From: a virus
Lineage: Duplodnaviria > Caudoviricetes
DNA: 64,000 nucleotides
Strand: one strand, 5' to 3'
Virus record (IMG/VR): IMGVR_UViG_3300020048_003360
Span: 64,001 to 128,000 of that record
Part shown: piece after piece, positions 56,976 to 64,000 of the stretch
Layout of the letters: each line of letters starts with the position of its first letter
How positions within the stretch are numbered: position 1 is the stretch's first letter
The notes under the pieces: generated by a model
The model's database searches: none
What the model was told of the DNA's origin: nothing
The model's input: only the letters and a program-made list of their open reading frames with translations
Position numbers and translations under genes: made by a program

Positions 56976-57500
56976 TTAAAAAGACTTACTTTTACTAGAA
57001 CTAACTCTAAAGCCAGCTCCCTCCAACTTCGCCTTGATACTCAACATCGTTTTACCTCTTTCAACCTCATCAAGGAGTTTACCATATACTTTATCAACGG
57101 TTTCCTCTATTGTCTTGGTCGGTGTTGGTAACTTAACTTGAACGTCCATTACTACGGGCGTAACTACCGCTTTTACTACAGGTACTTCTACCTCTGGCAA
57201 ATACCTAGTCGACTCCAGGTACTTTACAGACATTAATTTACCACTAAGAATACTAACAGATGGATCAGCTTCTGTCATGATTCTAATGGTGTTTAATTTG
57301 TAAAATCCACTAAGTAGATGATATTTACCATCTAACTTAACAAATCTTACCTCAGAATGATCAACTCTAGCATTACCATTCTCACAACAATGTGTTAGTT
57401 TGGCAATATTAATGTCGATTATCGGAGCCTTTTTACTTCTCTGCTTAATCAAAGAGAAGTCGTACTCAACCCCCATTAGTACGAGTGTATCTCTTTTCAT
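56976..57500 (-). CDS. Hypothetical protein, paralog of 57497-57808
   Basis: FVKLDGKYHLLSG...LSGKLMS. Confidence 0.6.
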   Translation of the reverse strand: MKRDTLVLMGVEYDFSLIKQRSKKAPIIDINIAKLTHCCENGNARVDHSEVRFVKLDGKYHLLSGFYKLNTIRIMTEADPSVSILSGKLMSVKYLESTRYLPEVEVPVVKAVVTPVVMDVQVKLPTPTKTIEETVDKVYGKLLDEVERGKTMLSIKAKLEGAGFRVSSSKSKSF

Positions 57501-57808
57501 GAAATCCTCGCTTTCTTAAGAGCAATGTGAGAGATAAGTCTACCCGATAAAGTACCGTTATACTTGGGCGATAGTATAATATCATTTGCCGTTTTAGTAC
57601 CTAGCAATATGACATACTTACCTTCTTGTTTAAGGAAGATAATACAACCATCATTACTAAATTCACCCATCGTACTAATCTTAACGCAATCATTATCTGT
57701 GTTTAATTGATCTTCGGTAACACTTATTACTGGACCGCTTTCTCCAATAATCTTTACCTTGTCTAAATTGTGATCATGTCCAGCCACAGTTAACACACTA
57801 CTCTTCAT
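57497..57808 (-). CDS. Hypothetical protein (start MKSSVL), paralog of 56976-57500
   Basis: AAAGGAG RBS before ATG at 57808; FLKQEGKYVILLG...LSGRLIS. Confidence 0.6.
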   Translation of the reverse strand: MKSSVLTVAGHDHNLDKVKIIGESGPVISVTEDQLNTDNDCVKISTMGEFSNDGCIIFLKQEGKYVILLGTKTANDIILSPKYNGTLSGRLISHIALKKARIS

Positions 57809-57906
57809 CAAGGACTCTCCTTTGGTGGGTTCATTAACAACATACGTTGTCATTACATTAAGCACTTAAGTATTTTTTAATTAGAAAATACTATATTAGT
57901 ACTCAT

Positions 57907-57926
57907 ATAGGTAATATATTGCCAAA
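57907..57926 (-). promoter_or_regulatory. Phage early-type promoter
   Basis: ataggtaatatattgccaaa. Confidence 0.8.
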
Positions 57927-57969
57927 ATTATTTTGAATCTATTTATTTTTTATAAATTAGTATCTACGA

Positions 57970-58737
57970 TTACCACTTTAGATATGCTGGAGTTTTAGAA
58001 AAATGCGGCTCTACCCAATTCATAGCTTTGAATAATTCATTTACTGTGAGTAATGAAGATTCTGTAGCAATACCCAGAGCAATGGAAATATTAGCACCTC
58101 TTTCAATTTCACCTCTAGAAAATGATAGACCATCTTCTTTAGCAAATGCTTCTAATGCTGGTGATTTAAATTTCTCCGCTACAGCAATACCAGGTTCCAT
58201 TACGTAGTCAAAAGTCACTACAGATTTTAGTATTCTTTTAGTAATACCATTTTCACGGAAGTCGTCAGTAAATGCACGAATAGAAAAACAGACATTTTCA
58301 TCTTTATTTTTTAATGATCTTTCTAAAGCAGCGCCATTTGGTCCAGATGGACATACTTTACTAATGATGGCAATTACTGGTTTACCATCAGCATCTTTTA
58401 CACGATCAAAATCTAATGTAATTTCTTTATGATGACAACAGGTATTTTCTTCGTGAATAGACATTACTCTATTGGCAAACTGATCATTAGACATACCAGG
58501 AAGCGGTTTGGGATGGCCATATTCCCCACGTAGTGCACCACGTGATACTCTACGCATTAATTGACTAGAAGACTCAAATAGCTCTTTAGCTTGCTCATAG
58601 ACATAATAATGTCCAGCTGAGTTAAATACGTTTAATGCACCCACTACGCATTCGTAATAACCATTACTATCTTGCTTAAGTACGCCAACTTTATTTACAC
58701 CAGCAAGTGCAGTGCAGGCAAATTTAACACTAGGCAT
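57970..58737 (-). CDS. Prohead (head maturation) protease (phiKZ gp175-like)
   Basis: GYY...VGALN.FNSAG..Y, GEYGHP, FSIRAFT.D, TFD.V.EPGI motifs. Confidence 0.88.
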   Translation of the reverse strand: MPSVKFACTALAGVNKVGVLKQDSNGYYECVVGALNVFNSAGHYYVYEQAKELFESSSQLMRRVSRGALRGEYGHPKPLPGMSNDQFANRVMSIHEENTCCHHKEITLDFDRVKDADGKPVIAIISKVCPSGPNGAALERSLKNKDENVCFSIRAFTDDFRENGITKRILKSVVTFDYVMEPGIAVAEKFKSPALEAFAKEDGLSFSRGEIERGANISIALGIATESSLLTVNELFKAMNWVEPHFSKTPAYLKW

Positions 58738-58747
58738 GATATTTCCT

Positions 58748-59203
58748 TTAAAAATCTAATGTAAGTTGTATTCCGCTAATATCCACTACAGCTGGTTTAT
58801 TTGAGATAAAGCCGATAGTGGATATACCATATATATTATTTTCAGTTGATCCATATTTGCAGTAGATAAGGCTACCACACATACTGTCTAAAAATCTAAA
58901 TACCTTATCATAGATATCTAGTTCTGTTTGATGTCCTTCTGCAGTTTTACCACTGGTGCAGTATGCTTCTACAGCTTCTGTAAATATACCAGTAGTCCAA
59001 GAATTAACTTTATGTGGGGCAATAATAGATTCTATATCCACTAATATAAATCTAATGTAATATTGTTTCTTATATTCAGTAGCACATCTATCACAGAGCC
59101 AGTCAAATTTTTCTCTATCTTCAGCTAAGTAACTATAGTGATGTGGTGTAACACTACCTATTCTAGATCCAGTTGTTTTACAGTTAGAGCAAACGTAGGA
59201 CAT
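58748..59203 (-). CDS. Hypothetical protein with N-terminal zinc ribbon
   Basis: CSNC...CDRC. Confidence 0.6.
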   Translation of the reverse strand: MSYVCSNCKTTGSRIGSVTPHHYSYLAEDREKFDWLCDRCATEYKKQYYIRFILVDIESIIAPHKVNSWTTGIFTEAVEAYCTSGKTAEGHQTELDIYDKVFRFLDSMCGSLIYCKYGSTENNIYGISTIGFISNKPAVVDISGIQLTLDF

Positions 59204-59225
59204 AATCTTATTTTAACCTCTTTAA

Positions 59226-59576
59226 TTAAGCTTGATATACAGCGTATCCTTTAGCTCTTAATAGGTGAGCTAATTCAAATTCTTTCTTTATAGCATCATC
59301 ATAAGTCATTGGGTTATACTGTTTGTATAAGTCAACTAATAGCCTAGTCCCATACTTATAAACATATGCATTATGTTTAATACCTAATTTATGTTTTTTG
59401 AATCTTTCTTCTGGAGATAGTCCAGTACTACCAACATATACACAAATACTATTTGGTTTAGCATGTGGATTTAGTTTTCTAAATTTATCTTCGTGTAGTA
59501 CATCTCTAGAAAGCTCAATTACATATACGTTATGGTAAGGTGTAGACGCCTCTAATGCTAAATTAAGTATATACAT
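59226..59576 (-). CDS. Small stand-alone GIY-YIG-superfamily protein of bacterial type
   Basis: VYVIEL...CVYVGSTGLSPEERFKKHK.G...YG..L...Y..YNPM.Y...E..LA..LR..GY.VYQA. Confidence 0.7.
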   Translation of the reverse strand: MYILNLALEASTPYHNVYVIELSRDVLHEDKFRKLNPHAKPNSICVYVGSTGLSPEERFKKHKLGIKHNAYVYKYGTRLLVDLYKQYNPMTYDDAIKKEFELAHLLRAKGYAVYQA

Positions 59577-59582
59577 ATTCTA

Positions 59583-60296
59583 TCATCTTCTCAGTATATT
59601 TTCAATTTTTTCTACACGCTCGGTATCGGTTACTAATGCACTGGTTATACCAGTCGACATATAACTACCGGCTAGTTTATTTGTAGTATTGGTAGCTGAG
59701 TACGTCACACTACGCAAACTAACGTATGTAGGTGGTTGATTATCGTTTTCAATTGTTTGGCGATAGTATTTGTGTCTATCTTTAGAACTTCTAGCTATTA
59801 GTGATGCCAGTAGTTCGGTTATCTCATGTCTACTACCTATATTGGCGCCAGCATGATATCTAGCACTATCAAATAGCTTACCTAAATCACCATAACTAAT
59901 ATACCACGGCACTTTAGCTTTAGATATAATCTCATCATAAATACGATATACCAATTGATCGTTCTTTACTAGATTTACACTAGGTGTAATGGTACTACCT
60001 GGATCAAAAGTAAATTCATAGTAACTAGATCCATCTATCTCTATTTTCATAGTAGAAGTAGGTTCAATCCTCATCATCGCATTTACTAATGAGATAGCAA
60101 AAAAAGTATCATCTAGAACAATGGCATATATACCTACAATATAGGTTTCTACACCCACACTAGCTAAGTTACGCTCTTCAAATCTGGTAGGTATATATAT
60201 TTTTAATAATTTAGTAGTTACTAATCTGCCATCAGGAAGTTCTGTTAGGCAGTTATGTATCTTACTTGCGTCTCTAACTAATTTCTTTATATCCAT
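59583..60296 (-). CDS. Virion RNA polymerase beta' C-terminal subunit (phiKZ gp176-like)
   Basis: KIYIP.RF, IYDEII.K.KVPWY, NKLAGSY..GI.SAL motifs; protease-RNAP synteny. Confidence 0.65.
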   Translation of the reverse strand: MDIKKLVRDASKIHNCLTELPDGRLVTTKLLKIYIPTRFEERNLASVGVETYIVGIYAIVLDDTFFAISLVNAMMRIEPTSTMKIEIDGSSYYEFTFDPGSTITPSVNLVKNDQLVYRIYDEIISKAKVPWYISYGDLGKLFDSARYHAGANIGSRHEITELLASLIARSSKDRHKYYRQTIENDNQPPTYVSLRSVTYSATNTTNKLAGSYMSTGITSALVTDTERVEKIENILRR

Positions 60297-60300
60297 GGTA

Positions 60301-60966
60301 TCACCAAGTAGAATATATGGGTTTGTCTAATGATTCTTGTGTTAGTTTAATTGATTTTCTAATATTATTGCCTATAGTTATTTTATTTACGTGATTAATT
60401 AAAATAATACCACTTTTAGGATATAACATTAGATGCGGTACATTAGCTGCATACTTCCTAATATTTTCTTGAAAATCATGTCTTTTACTAGCTGCAATAT
60501 AAGCAGCTCTAGTTGTGCCTACATATTTCTTTATTTGGTTTTCTAAATTATCAATACCATTACCAGTCTCACCATTCTTTCTCATTCTCTCTCCTTCTTT
60601 AAGGAGATATTCATGGAGAAAGTCATCTGTATCTATCCAGTCAGTATCATCTAGTATTTTTACTTTATTTGGCGATTCTACTAAACTAAAAAGCATATCT
60701 GGTTCTAAATTTCTAGTCTCCACCACATATTCAAATAGTTTGTTACCAGTTAACCAAAAATCATTTTGTCCATTATAGAGTCTTCCAATTATATCACTTG
60801 GCATTGGATCAAAAAAGAAACTAATGCTGTCGGTATATGGACCTACTGTATTATTTTCTCTAGACCACTTAGTGGCTATAGATATTTCTTCTTTAGTAGC
60901 TCTACCTCCTTTACTCCTAGTTGTCAATACTGGGTATTGTTCTTTTGAGTAATGATACAGATTCAT
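60301..60966 (-). CDS. Conserved phiKZ-like probable head protein, 221 aa
   Basis: LYHYS...Y...ISFFFDP.P, YAANVPHLMLYP..G.I motifs. Confidence 0.55.
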   Translation of the reverse strand: MNLYHYSKEQYPVLTTRSKGGRATKEEISIATKWSRENNTVGPYTDSISFFFDPMPSDIIGRLYNGQNDFWLTGNKLFEYVVETRNLEPDMLFSLVESPNKVKILDDTDWIDTDDFLHEYLLKEGERMRKNGETGNGIDNLENQIKKYVGTTRAAYIAASKRHDFQENIRKYAANVPHLMLYPKSGIILINHVNKITIGNNIRKSIKLTQESLDKPIYSTW

Positions 60967-60994
60967 TATAGCCTCTTTTATTTAGATATCTATA

Positions 60995-61039
60995 AGATCC
61001 ATAGACTCAATATAAATTACATATTGAGTCTATGGATCT
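60995..61039 (-). terminator. Long hairpin terminator
   Basis: 19-bp stem agatccatagactcaatat/atattgagtctatggatct. Confidence 0.7.
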
Positions 61040-61043
61040 ATAG

Positions 61044-62570
61044 TTAGACTTTTACAGTTACTTTAAACTGACTAGTTAACCACCAAGCACAGTATTCAAT
61101 CATGCTAATGGCTGCACACTCTCTAACATCTACGTGTGGATTTTCTTTCTTTACACGCTCAATTCCTAAAAGAATACGTCTAGCTTCAGTACGTACAAAT
61201 CTAGAGGCACAGAGTAGTTTCAGAACTGCATCCCATAAATCCTGTAACTCATCTTCACGTAGGTTTGTTAAGCAATCATTAAAAGCTTTTATAATGTTTG
61301 CTCTACTATCTGGACCACCTACTTCATCATCAGATACTTCGACTAATTGTTTATTAAATTCGTGTGATAAAATTTCTTTTGTGCGATTAAATAAACGATT
61401 ACGTTCTACACTAGAGATCAATGTTGCGTGTTTAACCCAAAGTTCTTTTAGAGTAGATGCATTGGCATCAATAGCTGACAATGTGACTTCTTTACCAGCA
61501 CTTAGGGCATTGCCAAACAGTACTTCATTATCACCACCAGCTTCAATCCATTTAGCATATACATCACCATTTACGGTAGTGACACTGCCTTCTACTTTAC
61601 GCACTAGTAATCCAGCTTTGGATATTTTATCTAGTTCATCAAAAGCAATACTGAGTCTATGTGCTGCGTGGTTACGATACTCAATGATGGTTTTGTTATA
61701 TGCATTGAGATTCATTTCTGTATCTGGTAATGGACCATCTTCTAGCTTACGGGCTAGTAGATATACAGCTAGTGCATTATCAATTGCATCTACACTATCG
61801 AATAGAAAAGTCTTAAACGTAATTGGTTCACGTTCATGTAGTTCAGCCTGTTTAATCTGAAATACATTTTCCCAGATATTAATAAAGAATAGATCTCCTT
61901 TACTAGCTACCCATTCTGTGATATCGTCATCTAAGCTTCTAGAACCAGTTTTCATTAACTCAACAATTTCACTAGCAGAAATAGTCGGTAGTTTCATGTT
62001 CATTACTGGAATATCAAATGGTAGATCACTAAACTTACGCACTGCACTTTCTAGATTAGAATTAGTGAGTGGTTTTGGTGGATTATAGACTACCACTTCC
62101 ATGGACATTAATGCCGATGGCGTTAATGTAGCTAAAACTGTTTGAGTTCTAGTAACCAGATTTTCTACAGCTGCAGCTACTACATCTTTAGCAAAGATCA
62201 TATGGTTACGAATAGCTTCACTAGCTACACTAACTACATGATCCATTACTAAGTCATGTTGGCTAGAAATGTTGGGTATTGTTTCTATAGTTGGATCTAT
62301 TTGTTGTAGCTTAAGTTCTGGACTTTTACAATTAGCAATATACTCAATATTTACAATATCTGGAGTATAACAACCTGCTGAGACGCCACCACTACTTCCA
62401 GCAGACCTATCCATACCCTCTGGTACAACATCATTAAAATTTGTATCTGATCTAGTAGCAGCCACAATAGCATCTAGTGGACTACCAGTAACTGGAGTAA
62501 GTATTAAGCCACGACTATCTAAGACCGTAGCTAGGGGTAATGCTGCCTTTAGAGATTCCATTGTTAGCAT
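61044..62570 (-). CDS. Virion (head/ejection) protein (phiKZ gp177-like)
   Basis: 508 aa, SQHD..MD, V.G.VY..W...GG..EVL.G motifs; between vRNAP subunit genes. Confidence 0.6.
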   Translation of the reverse strand: MLTMESLKAALPLATVLDSRGLILTPVTGSPLDAIVAATRSDTNFNDVVPEGMDRSAGSSGGVSAGCYTPDIVNIEYIANCKSPELKLQQIDPTIETIPNISSQHDLVMDHVVSVASEAIRNHMIFAKDVVAAAVENLVTRTQTVLATLTPSALMSMEVVVYNPPKPLTNSNLESAVRKFSDLPFDIPVMNMKLPTISASEIVELMKTGSRSLDDDITEWVASKGDLFFINIWENVFQIKQAELHEREPITFKTFLFDSVDAIDNALAVYLLARKLEDGPLPDTEMNLNAYNKTIIEYRNHAAHRLSIAFDELDKISKAGLLVRKVEGSVTTVNGDVYAKWIEAGGDNEVLFGNALSAGKEVTLSAIDANASTLKELWVKHATLISSVERNRLFNRTKEILSHEFNKQLVEVSDDEVGGPDSRANIIKAFNDCLTNLREDELQDLWDAVLKLLCASRFVRTEARRILLGIERVKKENPHVDVRECAAISMIEYCAWWLTSQFKVTVKV

Positions 62571-62767
62571 TATTTAACTCCAATATGACCAGCTAAACTA
62601 CTTTGAAACGTAGTCTGTGCTAAAGAATGAATCAACTCACGTGAAAGCGAGCTACCGTTAAATGTGTCAGCAATTTCATTACCAACAATATTGTGCGTAA
62701 TAGCCACCACCAGTTCACTAGCATTAGCTAACGTCACTACCGTTCTTTCTGTTTCGGGGAATCGCAT
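62570..62767 (-). CDS. Small conserved protein, 65 aa
   Basis: AAAGGT RBS; stop overlaps the next start. Confidence 0.55.
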   Translation of the reverse strand: MRFPETERTVVTLANASELVVAITHNIVGNEIADTFNGSSLSRELIHSLAQTTFQSSLAGHIGVK

Positions 62768-62853
62768 AATGTTACCTTTATCGTTGTTTCAGCAAATGAG
62801 GTGCTGATCATAAAATATAAAATTTATTTATGATCAGCACTATTCAGTAATAA

Positions 62854-63063
62854 CTACTCTTTAAAATACATTGATACTGCTGCTTTTCCTATAACATCTA
62901 AAAGTGTATTTGTAGTGCCAATGAGTAATGGACTCAATACGATTCTATTAGAAATTGATTTCATTCCAAATATTGCTCCTATTTCAGCTCCACTTTCCGA
63001 TAGAATGGGTTCATTATAGACATTACCAAATACAGATTTCATTTGATTACTAAAAACGCCTTT
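62854..63063 (-). CDS. Virion RNA polymerase beta subunit, last exon (phiKZ gp178-like C-terminus)
   Basis: KGVFSNQMKSVFG...ESG..IGAIFG..SI..RI..SP corresponds to the RpoB GDK.....GNKGV region; 3' splice site inferred at TCG|AAA. Confidence 0.75.
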   Translation of the reverse strand, partial: KGVFSNQMKSVFGNVYNEPILSESGAEIGAIFGMKSISNRIVLSPLLIGTTNTLLDVIGKAAVSMYFKE

Positions 63064-64000
63064 CGATATATTCAATATGGTTCGTTAATCCATACCCGCA
63101 GCATTACCTGCAGCTCTAGCTCTCACTAGATGTCCAGACTATATCTTCACCCTCACTATATAGTGATAGGGTGTCTCCTATTTCCACTCACTTGAGTGTA
63201 CTCCCAGCTACGGGATAGTCGTTGAACGTTCTCCATAGAGCAGAGGGTGGTTTACACCACTCTCCATCTTACAGGAGCTTCGCTGCTGATTGTCTCTATT
63301 TGATTCTTTTCAAACCTTCATAATCTCTTTTCAGGATTATTGTGGTGAATCAACTTAAACGAGAGTTTCCAGCAATTAAAGAGAAAACTAATTGATTATT
63401 ACTAATCAATAGGACTATTGTGAGGTATTTCTTCCTTAAATAACCAACCATGGTGAGATTTACCAGAATGAAGTTTTTCTTTTAAGGTTCTTTTATCAAT
63501 CGAGAGATAACCAACTAACTTTCTAATGCTATTAAATTTTAATACTTCAGCTGTATTTAAATTAGTCGCTATAATCTTTCTAGGTGCAGTATAGACAGTA
63601 GATTCATATTCTGCTGGCCATTTATCTTCACACTTTATACGAAAAATATAGTTTTGACAACATTTTGGTTTAGTTGATCGCAATGCATTCAGGATTCTTT
63701 CTTCAGAAATTTTTGTTTCTTTGGTTAGAATCTTAATTGTATTTCCCTCAATTATAGATCCGGTTTTAATATTGTAAGCTTGGTATGGTCCTTTTAAACG
63801 AAGAACCTCATCACGGTTTAATTTTGAGTAATACCACTCACCTGAGTCATCGGCTAACTTTATTTCATATCGATTTAGAAATAAAATTGGAATATTACTA
63901 CTGCCTATGCTTCTAGAGATTTTTTTACTCTTTGACGTTAATCCAATTTTAGATAACGCAAGACCAATTGATGGGAATGATGTTTCTTGTCCAGTATCTA
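63064..64000 (-). mobile_element. Group I intron in vRNAP beta (5' part beyond the window)
   Basis: AATTGCTGGAA, AATCAGCAGC, GTTCAACGACTA, GAAGATATAGTCT core elements within about 63130-63380. Confidence 0.9.
63402..64000 (-). CDS. Intron-encoded endonuclease, C-terminal part (5' truncated)
   Basis: Frame is open from 63998 to the stop at 63402; NUMOD1-like repeats DTGQETSFPSI, NIKTGSIIEG, NLNTAEVLKFNSI; catalytic domain not in the window. Confidence 0.7.
   Translation of the reverse strand, partial: DTGQETSFPSIGLALSKIGLTSKSKKISRSIGSSNIPILFLNRYEIKLADDSGEWYYSKLNRDEVLRLKGPYQAYNIKTGSIIEGNTIKILTKETKISEERILNALRSTKPKCCQNYIFRIKCEDKWPAEYESTVYTAPRKIIATNLNTAEVLKFNSIRKLVGYLSIDKRTLKEKLHSGKSHHGWLFKEEIPHNSPID

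Noticed and set aside
57809-57865. 19-codon N-terminal extension of the 122-aa ORF
   Set aside because: Strong AAAGGAG RBS precedes the internal ATG at 57808
61102-61860. 252-aa + strand ORF
   Set aside because: Fully antisense to the 508-aa virion protein; shadow ORF. The same applies to the other antisense ORFs, e.g. 11907-12254, 17766-18206, 23339-23677, 25237-25563, 29698-30171, 45860-46210
63064-63075. TTG start MNIS of a stand-alone 73-aa gene
   Set aside because: Lies at the intron 3' end; downstream sequence is the RpoB C-terminal exon
1-64000. Alternative genetic code, tRNA or rRNA genes
   Set aside because: Long core genes are intact in code 11 and use all three stops; no cloverleaf or rRNA-like sequence was recognised by eye (a tRNA scan would be definitive)

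Overview
AT-rich (roughly 30% GC by eye) 64-kb segment of a nucleus-forming, phiKZ-related jumbo phage (Chimalliviridae), mostly transcribed on the minus strand. It holds the conserved core: chimallin, PhuZ tubulin, PicA/ChmC-like nucleus proteins, non-virion RNAP subunits (beta, two beta' parts, gp68-like), split PolB, SF2 helicase, SbcD, large terminase, baseplate/neck block, tail sheath and tube, prohead protease and virion RNAP parts. Two group I introns split RNAP catalytic motifs (NADFDG|D and probably GD|K). Three free-standing GIY-YIG genes are each followed by a related hairpin/RBS leader, and one is flanked by a duplicated 3' end of an RNAP gene. The most unusual accessory module is a hemerythrin gene overlapping a motif-complete GGDEF diguanylate cyclase, a candidate phage-encoded O2/redox-linked c-di-GMP system. 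phiKZ gene-number assignments come from recalled motifs plus synteny, not from database searches. No tRNA, rRNA or CRISPR array was seen.
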